A stretch of 64,000 nt of DNA from Promethearchaeota archaeon (lineage in GTDB: Archaea > Asgardarchaeota > Lokiarchaeia > Sigyniarchaeales > SOKP01), in contig JAEOUA010000008.1 of NCBI GenBank assembly GCA_016839555.1, forward strand, positions 160,001-224,000. Direction: 5' to 3'. The notes under the pieces were generated by a model. The model was not told the DNA's origin. It saw only the letters and a list, made by a program, of their open reading frames with translations, and made no database searches. Below, piece by piece: positions 10,333 to 20,240 of this stretch (position 1 is the first letter of the stretch; the number at the start of each line of letters is the position of its first letter). The position numbers were made by a program, and so were the translations under genes.

Positions 10333-11892
10333 CTATATAGGGGGCATACTCAGCGCCTTAAAAATTCGTGTTTTTATTTTTACATTTTTTTCTAGCAATT
10401 TTTCAATGACTTTTTTGGAATTATAATGGTATTTTGCCTCTATAATTAATGATGCAAGATGGGGTATTCTTAATAGTGACTGGGGGAGAGTCTTGAAATC
10501 ATTTCCTCTTAGAGCTAATACTTCTAGTGAATGAAGATTGGCTATTGATTCTGGGAGAGTCGTTAGGTTGTTATCCTCTAATCCTAGTTTCTTAAGTGAT
10601 ATAAGATTCGTTATAACATTTGGGAAAACTGTAATATTATTATACCCTAAGTCAAGTATTTTTAAAGATAAAAGATCCCCCATGGACTTAGGTATAGTAG
10701 AGAGAAGATTTCCACTTAGGTCAAGTATTTTGAGTGACGGGAGACCTCCTATCGCTGCGGGCAGCTTTTTAAGTCGATTACCCACAAGAATAAGCGTCTT
10801 AAGTGATTTTAAGTTATTGATGGTCTGTGGAAGCGTCGATAGGTAATTTTCAAAGAGATCTAAATAAGAAAGATTATATAATTCTGTAATTACCTTGGGA
10901 AGTTTCGAAAGACAATTATAAGCTAGGTTGAGTTTTTTAAGGTTTTTAAGAGCCTTTATAGTGCGGGGGATGCCTCCAAATCTTAGCCGGTTAATACCCA
11001 AATACAATTTTTTGAGTTGTTTTAGCGTCCCAATGTGATCGGGTAGGTTGCTAAAATGATTATCTGCGAGATCCAGTGATTCAAGGCATTTAAGATTTTC
11101 AATTGATATTGGTAGGGTTGATAGATAGTTGGAACCTAAACCAAGTACTTTAAGACCTCTATAATTCCTTATCGCTTCAGGGAGGGTAAAAAACTTGTTC
11201 CCATTTAACCATAATTCTTTCATATTTATTAGATTAATAAAACATTTGGGAAGAGAAGAAAGTTTATTACCGCTAAGGTTTAAATATTCAAGATTGCTTA
11301 GTTCGCATAGGGGCTCGAGTTCGGAGGGGCTTTCTATATTCAAGTGTCTTAAATCTAAATAATTGTTAATGAAGACTATTTTTTTAGATTTAAATGTTAT
11401 ATATGGGAGATCTATAGCTTCCAGTTCCTCTCGACTTAAATATTTTAAATAATTTTCATCCACTAAATATCGGGTAACCGAAGGAACATTCGATTGGAGC
11501 CTTTTGGCGATCTCTTCCTTGAAAACCTTATTTGCAATCGGATCTCCTACATCTCTCAATTTTTTTAATAATTGGAAGGCAAGGTTCATATCTAGTATCT
11601 CAGTATCGTAGTTATTTTCGGCCCATCCTTGAAGGTTGGAGCAATGCCCCCAGAATTCGGTCTCCTTATCTAATAATGTTTTATCCATTTCGTTTTCCTT
11701 ATTATAAAGCGCTATGAATTCATCAATGCTCTCAATATTATCATATTTCTCTATTTCTTGCCTGTCGATATTGAAAAGTAGATATTTGCAAGTAATGAAT
11801 TCTTCGTTACAGACATATATTTTCGTTTTGCCTTTCTTTAATTTTAATTTAAGATACTCGTTGATCTTAAATTCTTTCTCTTTTTTATCCAT
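10333..11892 (-). CDS. Leucine-rich repeat protein with Lokiarchaeia-type N-terminal domain
   Basis: N-terminal EFKINEYLKLKL..EFWGHCSNLQ.W motif; ~12 LRRs (L..L.L..N.L..LP). Confidence 0.92.
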   Translation of the reverse strand: MDKKEKEFKINEYLKLKLKKGKTKIYVCNEEFITCKYLLFNIDRQEIEKYDNIESIDEFIALYNKENEMDKTLLDKETEFWGHCSNLQGWAENNYDTEILDMNLAFQLLKKLRDVGDPIANKVFKEEIAKRLQSNVPSVTRYLVDENYLKYLSREELEAIDLPYITFKSKKIVFINNYLDLRHLNIESPSELEPLCELSNLEYLNLSGNKLSSLPKCFINLINMKELWLNGNKFFTLPEAIRNYRGLKVLGLGSNYLSTLPISIENLKCLESLDLADNHFSNLPDHIGTLKQLKKLYLGINRLRFGGIPRTIKALKNLKKLNLAYNCLSKLPKVITELYNLSYLDLFENYLSTLPQTINNLKSLKTLILVGNRLKKLPAAIGGLPSLKILDLSGNLLSTIPKSMGDLLSLKILDLGYNNITVFPNVITNLISLKKLGLEDNNLTTLPESIANLHSLEVLALRGNDFKTLPQSLLRIPHLASLIIEAKYHYNSKKVIEKLLEKNVKIKTRIFKALSMPPI

Positions 11893-11904
11893 GTCAAAAA
11901 CACT

Positions 11905-12417
11905 TTATAATGTATTAATATTCTCTATTATAATCTCTTTCCTTACCTTCATCAATAATTTACCAAGAAGATTTCTCCCAGTCCCTTTCTTTCCAATGCC
12001 CCATATTGAATCTGTTGAAGAGTCTTCAACAAGTACTGCATTTTTTGTATTTATAAGTCTCTTCCTTAAATCCGGATCTTTGAATTTAACTTTTAAAATT
12101 TCATACATTCTTTGTTTTTTGATTTCGGACCAATTCGAGACAACATCCCAATGAGGTAATGAATGAGAGACTATTGCCACTAAATACGGCTGGGGAGCTT
12201 TCATTACCCATTCCCTTATTTCGCTATCCTCATATTTACCGAACTGATACGCATGTTCGACGGTCGGAAACTCTCGACCTTCAAACAGAATTGGACTTTT
12301 ATAGAGATTAGATAAGAATCCGTATTCATTAGATGATCTATAAAATTTGATTACACCCTCTTTAATTAGAGTAAGCTGTTTTTTCTCTCTAATTTGGGAT
12401 TTTTTATTACAATTCAT
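11905..12417 (-). CDS. NADAR family (YbiA-like) protein
   Basis: FY..YGFLSN..FPTVEHAYQ..DSIWGIG..GRNLLGKLLMKVR. Confidence 0.92.
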   Translation of the reverse strand: MNCNKKSQIREKKQLTLIKEGVIKFYRSSNEYGFLSNLYKSPILFEGREFPTVEHAYQFGKYEDSEIREWVMKAPQPYLVAIVSHSLPHWDVVSNWSEIKKQRMYEILKVKFKDPDLRKRLINTKNAVLVEDSSTDSIWGIGKKGTGRNLLGKLLMKVRKEIIIENINTL

Positions 12418-12454
12418 ATTTATTTTTGGATAATATTAACTCTTATTATATATA

Positions 12455-12760
12455 CTATAGTTTTAATTTACGTAATTGCTGACTCATCTCTTTTCTCCTA
12501 AGAATTTTTGAGAAAAGCGACTCGTGATTGTCTAACTGATGGAAAAAGGTTTCTAAATCATCAAAATTGTTAAAAAAAACCCGGATTTTATTATTGACGG
12601 TTAATTCGACCCCTTTTTTCTCTTGAATATTACATATTTTGGCATAGATCGCCCCGATTTTTATATCATGCTTTAACAATATTTTTTGATTACCTTTTAT
12701 TGACCAGAAGCCTCTTTTTAATAAATACCCTCTAAACATACCACCTCTATATGATGACAT
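12455..12760 (-). CDS. Hypothetical protein
   Basis: ORF tightly coupled in the cdc6 operon. Confidence 0.6.
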   Translation of the reverse strand: MSSYRGGMFRGYLLKRGFWSIKGNQKILLKHDIKIGAIYAKICNIQEKKGVELTVNNKIRVFFNNFDDLETFFHQLDNHESLFSKILRRKEMSQQLRKLKL

Positions 12761-12761
12761 T

Positions 12762-13124
12762 TTATTTTTCTACCTCAATTCCTAATATTTTATCTATGAT
12801 AAAATCTAATAAATATATATATGAATCGCTTAAGGGATTTATTTTATTCAAAAACATTCTAATATCATTTATAGTTAAAATTTTAATTATTTCTATAATT
12901 ATTTCTTTTAGATTCTTATTTTTTTCCCCATTAATTTCAATATATCTTTTAACTTTTTTAAAAAGAGGTTGCAAATCTTTATCGTTAAATATAGGTTCTA
13001 AATGCTTCTCTAATACTTCATATTCTCCTTCATTAATATTTAATAAGTTCCATTTTTTCCATAACTCTGGTAAAAGAGCATAAAGGCTTTTAAAATCTAT
13101 CTCCCTTCTCATTTTGTTCTCCAT
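12762..13124 (-). CDS. Hypothetical protein
   Basis: ORF overlapping the end of the NIF3-like gene and abutting the next gene. Confidence 0.6.
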   Translation of the reverse strand: MENKMRREIDFKSLYALLPELWKKWNLLNINEGEYEVLEKHLEPIFNDKDLQPLFKKVKRYIEINGEKNKNLKEIIIEIIKILTINDIRMFLNKINPLSDSYIYLLDFIIDKILGIEVEK

Positions 13125-13986
13125 ATTTTTTATTTTTAAAATTAAGATTTTCGTTTGGAAATTGTTTTATTGGATTATGAGATAAAAAAAAATCGAATTT
13201 AGTTAGGGGGAATTCCACACTTAAGTAGTTGGCTAATTTTTTGAAAAAAAGGTCATAAATTTTCCAAATTGGGACTTTAACTACTGAAATTTCTTGTTCA
13301 AGGGCATAAATTATATCATAAAAAGAAAAATCTGAAACTATGATACAATCGCAGCCCTTCTCTTTACATTTTAATATTATATTGGGATTTAATTGTCTAT
13401 AACCAAGAATTAAGGCTATTGATTTTAGAATTTGATTTAATTTACCTGCATACTCAATTACAGGCATTTTAACTTGTTTCCTGATTTTTATAAGTATGTC
13501 TTTAAGTCTTAAGTTTGGGATGTTAGCTGTGTTTGGAAGGGATTTTTGGACACATATAAGCCCTATTGGGTATTCGGTTTTTTTTTTAAAAGTAAATATC
13601 GCATCTTGATTTTCAAGGGATAATATTTTTGTTAGAATACCATAGGGCCCAAAATTTTGTTGAAAATTTGTTAGAGGATTTAAATGATAGATTATCACAG
13701 GATATTTTGTCAATAGACTAAATTTCTGTATTATATATTTATTTGTAATCTTTTTATTTTGATTTAATAATAAGTTAGTAGTAATTATTAAATCATATTT
13801 TTCACAAACGGCCTTTCTTATTGAATCTATTGATAAATCAATAGATAAAAGCACCCTTTTTGCTTTCCTATTTTCATTAGCTGCCCCAAAAATAAATTCA
13901 CTTTTTTTATCCATTGAGTTTTCATTCGGAAATTGTTCTTTAAAGTATTTTTCAATAGATTCTAATTTCAAATTATTCTCCCTCAA
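13090..13986 (-). CDS. Degenerate NIF3/YbgI-like protein
   Basis: FG..KAKRVLLSIDLS..A..DLIIT; SIALILG..A-like..DCIIVSD pattern; usual His-His metal motif replaced by TN. Confidence 0.75.
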   Translation of the reverse strand: MRENNLKLESIEKYFKEQFPNENSMDKKSEFIFGAANENRKAKRVLLSIDLSIDSIRKAVCEKYDLIITTNLLLNQNKKITNKYIIQKFSLLTKYPVIIYHLNPLTNFQQNFGPYGILTKILSLENQDAIFTFKKKTEYPIGLICVQKSLPNTANIPNLRLKDILIKIRKQVKMPVIEYAGKLNQILKSIALILGYRQLNPNIILKCKEKGCDCIIVSDFSFYDIIYALEQEISVVKVPIWKIYDLFFKKLANYLSVEFPLTKFDFFLSHNPIKQFPNENLNFKNKKYGEQNEKGDRF

Positions 13987-14251
13987 TTAATTTAATAAAG
14001 TTTATGATTCCTCTTACTATAGGATTTTCCTTCTGAAATCGGTAAATTCTAATTCTGCCAATTTTTTTTTCCTGTACTAAATTCATTTCGGTGAGGGTTC
14101 CAAGTTGTTTGGAAACAGATTTATGTGTTGATTTGGTTTTTTTAATTATTTGAGTAATATTCAACTCTTTTTCAGAAGCTAAAACCTTTATAATTTTCAC
14201 CCTGGAACGAGTGCCAAACAACTTTAAAAAAGTTAAATTACTTGGACCCAT
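13973..14251 (-). CDS. ArsR-like winged-helix regulator
   Basis: FGTRSRVKIIKVL..ELNITQI..L..L..MNLVQEKKIGRIRIYR. Confidence 0.85.
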   Translation of the reverse strand: MGPSNLTFLKLFGTRSRVKIIKVLASEKELNITQIIKKTKSTHKSVSKQLGTLTEMNLVQEKKIGRIRIYRFQKENPIVRGIINFIKLIEGE

Positions 14252-15461
14252 AAAGAATCGCCTCTTGATTGTTGATACTATTGATTAAATGAGGTTGCAA
14301 TTGTTCCAGTGAAATATTTTTAAGTGATAGCCGCGCCTTTCGCCCTTTAATGTTCTCGCTAACAACCCTTACTTTTAATATGGACTCCTCCTCAAATATA
14401 TGCAGATAATTCCATATTGTTGAATATGAAAGTGGATTAAAATTCCTTTTTACACATTGAGATTCGTATTCATTCATTATTTTCTTAACCGAAGCATACT
14501 CTATTTTGTTTTTTTCTAATAATATTGTAAAGCTATATAAAAATAACAACTGATGAATGTTCATCTTCTTAAGAAATTCAAATGAAATATATTGGTAAGG
14601 AAAAAGCGAAATATTTGCCCTTTGTAAATGTATCATTTTTATTGTGCTTGCTTTGCCTTGTTCTGCAAATTTACCTGCTTTATACAATAAATGCATAGCA
14701 GCTCTGACATCGAGATTACCATCTAATAACTCAATGGCATATGATATCATTGCATTAGAAATAATATCAGTGTTAAATGCTCTATTCGCTTTATCTTTCA
14801 ATATATCAAACAATTCATTTGCAGAATAAGTGTTAAAAACTATGAGATTTTTTTGAAAATAATTCACAATATTCGGCATAATCCTTAATAATCCTTTTTC
14901 TGATTTTACTATGCCAACTATAGATAATTTTTCTTGTTTAAATCCAAAATTTTCTGTTATACGTGTTAAATAGTATAAAAATTCTTTCTCTTTTTTAATA
15001 ATATTGTTAGCTTCATCAAGAATAATGATCACTGAAGCTTTATTTTTATGTATTTCTTTAGAGATGAATTCTATTATTTCTTCTCTCCTGAGCCCCCTTT
15101 CTGGAAAGGCTTTATTAAATAATCTAGCAATTTTTATTAGAATTTGATAAGTTGATGTCATACGACAATTGAAATAAAGATATTTTATATCAATATTATG
15201 CTGTTTTGCTATCTTTGTAAAATCTTTGAAAAAATGTTTGATCACTGTAGTTTTACCTACGCCTGAAGCACCTTGAACCAAAACATTTATCGAAGAGTTT
15301 GGATGAATAAGCAAATTCGAGTATAATAGAAATAGTTTTCTTAGTTCATTATCTCTGCCAACAACTTCTTCTGAGGGATAAAAATACCTTAAATAGTGCT
15401 CATTTTTAAATAGAGAATGCGAATGCATTAATTCATCAAATTCCTTTTCAAGATCAAACAT
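14238..15461 (-). CDS. cdc6: Orc1/Cdc6 replication initiator
   Basis: Y.P..VVGRDNE, Walker A GASGVGKT, YFNC, Walker B ILDEA, DVR.A sensor region, C-terminal wHTH. Confidence 0.92.
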   Translation of the reverse strand: MFDLEKEFDELMHSHSLFKNEHYLRYFYPSEEVVGRDNELRKLFLLYSNLLIHPNSSINVLVQGASGVGKTTVIKHFFKDFTKIAKQHNIDIKYLYFNCRMTSTYQILIKIARLFNKAFPERGLRREEIIEFISKEIHKNKASVIIILDEANNIIKKEKEFLYYLTRITENFGFKQEKLSIVGIVKSEKGLLRIMPNIVNYFQKNLIVFNTYSANELFDILKDKANRAFNTDIISNAMISYAIELLDGNLDVRAAMHLLYKAGKFAEQGKASTIKMIHLQRANISLFPYQYISFEFLKKMNIHQLLFLYSFTILLEKNKIEYASVKKIMNEYESQCVKRNFNPLSYSTIWNYLHIFEEESILKVRVVSENIKGRKARLSLKNISLEQLQPHLINSINNQEAILYGSK

Positions 15462-15502
15462 TTTTCTTTGGATCTGATTCTTTATTATCTACTATTAAAA
15501 AA

Positions 15503-15598
15503 TTAAGGGAAAGGAATAAGTTTCCTTCCCCTAACCCAAATCGCCTTTTATTACTTTTAAAGGAGGGGTGAGATCTAAAAAATTCCACCCCACCCTCT
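15503..15598. promoter_or_regulatory. G/C-string inverted repeats upstream of cdc6 (candidate origin or operator)
   Basis: TAAGGGAAAGGAA-N5-TTCCTTCCCCTAA (15504-15534) and GGGGTG-N15-CACCCC (15565-15591), followed by AT-rich DNA; no canonical ORB match. Confidence 0.4.
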
Positions 15599-16164
15599 CA
15601 CACAATCCTTTCCTTGCAAATTCCCTTAAACCCATAAATATAAATCTTTTATATAATTTTATGAGAATATATTTAATAAAATAATATAATTTCATTATTT
15701 ATAAATATTTTGCATAAGATTTTATAAATTCTCACGGAACCGAATTTTTCCGACATAAATTTCTCTTCATTATAACTCTATTATATTACTAAAGACTTAT
15801 TTGATCGGCTTTCTCAATTTAAAGATGAAAGTGACATTTTATTTATTGATATATCAAAAGATGTAATAATAAAAGGATTGAAGAAATGAAAACTCCTATT
15901 TCTTTCTTATATATTAATTTGTGGACTTTAACTTAGTTTAAAGATTCTCTCTTTAATTGTTTCTATTTTTAAGATTTCAATATGTTACCACGAAAAATTT
16001 CTCTTTTTTTCTTATGATCTTTTATATAAATTTATATAATGTTAGATAATTAGAAGATAGATTTTGATCTTTTATGAGAATATTGCATAGAATGGGATAT
16101 ATCCCCATAAATACAAATATAATTATAAAAATTAATTAAATTTCGATTATATATTATTATAATT

Positions 16165-16350
16165 ATGAATGCCGATGAAGAAAAAAAGAAGAAAATAGTT
16201 CTTAGGGTAGAGCTGGATCCAAAAGATGACCAACCGATTTATGATTATTACATCAAAATAAAAGAAGACAACGGATTAAAGAGTCACGCAGAAGTAATGA
16301 GATTTATCATTACAAAATATTATACAAATACTTATGAACCAGAATCATAA
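16165..16350 (+). CDS. Small ribbon-helix-helix (CopG-like) DNA-binding protein
   Basis: Beta strand IVLRVEL then helix-GLKSHAEVMRFII; divergent from cdc6. Confidence 0.65.
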   Translation: MNADEEKKKKIVLRVELDPKDDQPIYDYYIKIKEDNGLKSHAEVMRFIITKYYTNTYEPES

Positions 16351-16361
16351 GTGTATCCTTT

Positions 16362-17036
16362 CTAATAAGCAATATTAATGTGGTTAATTTTTTCATCAAT
16401 TTCTTTAGAATTTTTCTTTATGAAATGGTAAATTAATTTAGATTTTTTACTACTTTTAGGAAGATGAATTGATATTTTTTCAAGCAATTCCTCCTTTGTA
16501 AAGTTTTTCCATATTTCAATATATCTGCTTCGGCGAACTCTTAAAACATTTAAAAAGGTTAAGCATTCTAAAATCGTTGCTGCAATAACTAGCATATGAA
16601 ACTTATTTTTAAATACTAAGCGATCATTTTGATCAATATAAACAATTATGTCGTCTTCATTTTTCATCTTTCTATAATATTTTTCAATTTTATTCCAATA
16701 CCAGCAATATTTCTCACTTTTATCAAAAATTAAAATATCTCCAAATTTTGATAGATAAATTGTCTCAGGAAGATTTTCTATAATTTTGATTTTGGTTTTA
16801 ACTTTCGAATCTAGCCAAGAGCCAGTGATAAATTCAGGAGTAGTATAAAAAGCAAAATTATTTCTTAAACTCAATCCTAATTTAATATATTCTTGTAAAT
16901 AAACTTTATCTGATAAGTCGTCTTTCATGATTCCAATCTTTTTTGCTTTATTGAGGAAGAATAACTTCTTCTTTTCTATTTTATCCTTATCAGATTCCAC
17001 TGTTGCAATCTTTTTTTCTAATTTTTTATCAATCAT
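16362..17036 (-). CDS. Hypothetical protein
   Basis: Start moved to ATG 17036 (MIDKKLEKK) to avoid overlap with the opposite-strand ORF. Confidence 0.6.
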   Translation of the reverse strand: MIDKKLEKKIATVESDKDKIEKKKLFFLNKAKKIGIMKDDLSDKVYLQEYIKLGLSLRNNFAFYTTPEFITGSWLDSKVKTKIKIIENLPETIYLSKFGDILIFDKSEKYCWYWNKIEKYYRKMKNEDDIIVYIDQNDRLVFKNKFHMLVIAATILECLTFLNVLRVRRSRYIEIWKNFTKEELLEKISIHLPKSSKKSKLIYHFIKKNSKEIDEKINHINIAY

Positions 17037-17159
17037 ACTTATTAGTTTTGTAAAAAAATTATAAAAAGGCCCAATAAAATTTTCAAATCTTAATAGAATT
17101 TTATAGAGATTGATTAATAATAGATGAATAAGTGTGGAGTTTTTTAAAGAATTTTTATA

Positions 17160-17690
17160 ATGCGTATGATGTTTGAAATTAATATTGAAAGTATAAATGA
17201 TTTTTACGATAGATTTAAGACTATTTTTTTTGAATTTTATAAACAAGGTTTTATCGCTAGTAATTATAATAGAATTAACTTTTATCAAAGCAAAGAGCAA
17301 TTAAAAAAATTTATTCAACAAGATTTTAAATATTTCTTTGATAATAATGCCAATAATTTCTTATTACAACTACAAGATGGAAAAAGGGAATCTCCAAATG
17401 AACTAAAGACTTCAGATATTATAATAGAAAATAAATCAGGTCCTATTATTTTTCCACAACCAGATATAATTTTAGTCACCTGTCCTTTATGTGATAAAAA
17501 AATTTTATCTAAGGAAATTAATTTTGAAAAAATAGATTTATCTCACATTTTAGTTTATCCCTTTCCATATTTGTATGTTCATCATTCTGATGGGGATGCT
17601 TTTCCTCACGCTCTATTGATATATTTCGATGCTCACTTTAAAGTAAGAGGTAAAAAAGTTATAAAATTTTCAAATTTGAATAGTAAATAA
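17160..17690 (+). CDS. Hypothetical protein with C-terminal CxxC/His domain
   Basis: CPLC..YPFPYLYVH..HALLIYFDAHFKVRG, a pattern I recall from Lokiarchaeia proteins. Confidence 0.7.
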   Translation: MRMMFEINIESINDFYDRFKTIFFEFYKQGFIASNYNRINFYQSKEQLKKFIQQDFKYFFDNNANNFLLQLQDGKRESPNELKTSDIIIENKSGPIIFPQPDIILVTCPLCDKKILSKEINFEKIDLSHILVYPFPYLYVHHSDGDAFPHALLIYFDAHFKVRGKKVIKFSNLNSK

Positions 17691-17734
17691 AGTTTTTATA
17701 TTCTAATTATTTAAAATAAAATGGTGAGATAGTA

Positions 17735-18103
17735 ATCATCAAAAACGTCTATTTAGTTGAAGATAATCATAAAAACTTAAAATTATTCAAAACCATTATA
17801 TCACGTCTTAATAATGTAAAACTTTACACTGAAACCCGCGGAGATTTAGGGTTACTTCTAATTGAATCAGGTGATCCTGATCTTGTTATTTTGGACATCA
17901 AATTACAGGCTATTAATGGAATTCAGATGGTAAAAAAATTAAGAAAAATCGAAAAATTTAAAAAAATTCCAATCATAGCTGTAACTGCTTATGCAATGAA
18001 GGGAGATAAGGAGCGCATTATAGAAGCAGGTTTTACGGATTACATCTCAAAACCAATAAATATTCAAGATTTCATTAAAAAAATACAATTATATTTAAAC
18101 TAA
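17735..18103 (+). CDS. Single-domain response regulator (DivK/CheY-like), apparent non-AUG start
   Basis: Frame extends upstream of the ORF track: VYLVEDN..PDLVILDI..PIIAVTAYAMKGD..YISKP; GGTGAG SD at 17723 followed by ATA/ATC codons, no ATG/GTG/TTG after upstream TAA. Confidence 0.85.
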   Translation: MIKNVYLVEDNHKNLKLFKTIISRLNNVKLYTETRGDLGLLLIESGDPDLVILDIKLQAINGIQMVKKLRKIEKFKKIPIIAVTAYAMKGDKERIIEAGFTDYISKPINIQDFIKKIQLYLN

Positions 18104-18162
18104 GGTTTTTCCATTAAAATTTAAGTAAAGTATAATAAACTACTAATATAAGATTCTGTTAC

Positions 18163-18684
18163 TTAATTAAGTGGATTAAATTTTTGCATTTTTAGGGGAT
18201 ATCGAATTCCTAATATTTGGATTGCAATACTATTAATACTTAAAAACCTCTGAAATTGCTCTTCTGATATTTTGAACTTATTTTTTATGATTTCTGCATT
18301 AACGCGATAATCTAAATTTAAAGAATTAGAGATTATAAAAAATGCTAAAAATTCTACTTCATTTAAAGTATTGATTTCCGCTAAAAATAAATCTAAATCA
18401 GTCTTACTTTTTTTATTTACATTTTGAATATTTAGGATTTTAAAATAGTATAAGAATTCAACAAATCCATCACTTATACGGAAGATCTTAGAGGTAATTA
18501 TTTCATCATTACCTTCAATATCGAAAGTTTTCCATATAAATACAACAAAATCATTAAATTCTCGTTTACTTGTAAACACAGCTTTCTTATCAAGCCAAAA
18601 ACCTCCATATAGATTAGTAGCGTTGTTTAGGAATTTTATATATTTTTGATTTTTGCATAAAAAGCTTAGATCTAATTCATACAC
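18163..18684 (-). CDS. Hypothetical protein
   Basis: GTG start preceded by AGGTGA SD. Confidence 0.65.
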   Translation of the reverse strand: MYELDLSFLCKNQKYIKFLNNATNLYGGFWLDKKAVFTSKREFNDFVVFIWKTFDIEGNDEIITSKIFRISDGFVEFLYYFKILNIQNVNKKSKTDLDLFLAEINTLNEVEFLAFFIISNSLNLDYRVNAEIIKNKFKISEEQFQRFLSINSIAIQILGIRYPLKMQKFNPLN

Positions 18685-18812
18685 AATTATTCACCTAACG
18701 TATGAAATAAATTTTATACTCTACTATAAAAACACATGTAAAATGATGTTAAATAAAAGATGTGTTTAAATATTTATCTCTACAATTTATTAGGAAAAAG
18801 CATGTATAAATT

Positions 18813-19358
18813 GTGGTACTTTTCTTAATGATGCTTCTTAATCATATATCTTTCTGTTTTATTTCTACTATATTATTTATATGCGTAATTTATGATATAA
18901 AGATGCAAATCATACCCAATCAAATTGTTTTAATTCTATTTATTTATGGAGTTTTAATTTCTATTATTGAGGGTTTCTTTTATATTGATATTTTATTATT
19001 TTTTATTTTTAGTAAAATTTTTCTATTTTTCGGGCTATTTCTTTTATCACTCCTATTATTTAAAAAAAAATTAATTGGAGGGGGAGATGGAAAAATACTT
19101 ATTAGTTTTTTTTTGGCTCTACCTTTTAAATATCTTCCACTATTTATTGTTTTATTCTTCCCATTTTATATTTTTTTTATTGTTTTTACATTAAACATGT
19201 ATTATCTATTAAATAGATTTCGACTTTTTATAGATTTCGACTTATTAAGCCAATCTTTTCTCTTTCAAGATTCACCCTCCATTAAGCAAGATTCAATTGC
19301 TCTATTGATCCCTCATTATTTATCTTATCTTTCAATCATTTTCCTTATTTACTTATGA
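18813..19358 (+). CDS. Prepilin peptidase (A24, FlaK/PibD-like)
   Basis: Catalytic motifs YDIK..IPN and GGGDGK in a polytopic membrane protein. Confidence 0.9.
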   Translation: MVLFLMMLLNHISFCFISTILFICVIYDIKMQIIPNQIVLILFIYGVLISIIEGFFYIDILLFFIFSKIFLFFGLFLLSLLLFKKKLIGGGDGKILISFFLALPFKYLPLFIVLFFPFYIFFIVFTLNMYYLLNRFRLFIDFDLLSQSFLFQDSPSIKQDSIALLIPHYLSYLSIIFLIYL

Positions 19359-19397
19359 AATTATCCTCTATCTTTAAATAATTATTTTAATAATAAA

Positions 19398-20171
19398 ATG
19401 AGTATGATTTTGATTACTTTTTTAGATTCCTCTGAAGAAACTTTTAGAGAGATAATTTATTACTTGGACAAAGTTCAAGGGGAAGTGGTGAATGCTATTT
19501 CTATATTTAATAATTTTCTCACGCTCATTCTAAGTTTAAGTAATATTATCTTAAGTCTTATATTCTTTTCTTTTGCATATCGATTAGAGATCGGGGGGCG
19601 TACTTTTCAAATCAAACAAGAGGGATTAATTATTAAACACAAAAGAATTGGTTTTATAACTAAATTTGGATGCTATTTTTTAAGTCTCTTATCTGTTCTT
19701 TCATTGTTAAATTTATTACAATTTATGTTATTAAAACTTTTTAGTTTCATTCCTATTTCTCCAATGATGAGTCTTTTAGAAAGTATTTTAAGCTCTCTTT
19801 CTAAAATTTCAACTAGTTATGAAGATTTTAAGGCCTTATTTAATTTATTATCGAATCCTGAGAATTTAATTTTTGAGAATATTGGTAATTTATCTCCTAT
19901 TTGCCGTTTTGCTTTAGTGGGATTTAGCTGTGCCGCATTTCTTTCTTTTATTATTGTTTTAATATTCTTTTACTATATAGCTTTTAAAAAATTTATACCA
20001 AAAAAAAAGAATAAGAAATTAGCGTCCTACGGGATTCTATTTCTTATACTTCTACTCCTATTTGGATTTCCCTTGATGCTTCGTATGAGTTTGATATATT
20101 CGAACGCTTCAAGTTTTCAATCTTTGCCTTTTATTAATTCTTCCCCATATTATGGTCCTGGTTTTCAATAA
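19398..20171 (+). CDS. Polytopic membrane protein
   Basis: About four hydrophobic segments; co-oriented with prepilin peptidase. Confidence 0.65.
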   Translation: MSMILITFLDSSEETFREIIYYLDKVQGEVVNAISIFNNFLTLILSLSNIILSLIFFSFAYRLEIGGRTFQIKQEGLIIKHKRIGFITKFGCYFLSLLSVLSLLNLLQFMLLKLFSFIPISPMMSLLESILSSLSKISTSYEDFKALFNLLSNPENLIFENIGNLSPICRFALVGFSCAAFLSFIIVLIFFYYIAFKKFIPKKKNKKLASYGILFLILLLLFGFPLMLRMSLIYSNASSFQSLPFINSSPYYGPGFQ

Positions 20172-20240
20172 ATTGTTCATCCATTATGGAGTGAGAATTT
20201 TTTCAGTAGAGATGTTAAATTTAAATTTAGAGATATTTTT

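Noticed and set aside
14301-14316. ORB-like GTTCCAGTGAAAT
   Set aside because: One base short of consensus spacing, single copy, inside the cdc6 coding sequence
17037-17300. 5' extension of ORF 16362-17300
   Set aside because: Overlaps the opposite-strand gene starting at 17160; ATG 17036 is the more plausible start
18163-18684. Fourth TFB/cyclin-fold fragment
   Set aside because: Only a vague resemblance in the last helices; no Zn ribbon or diagnostic motif
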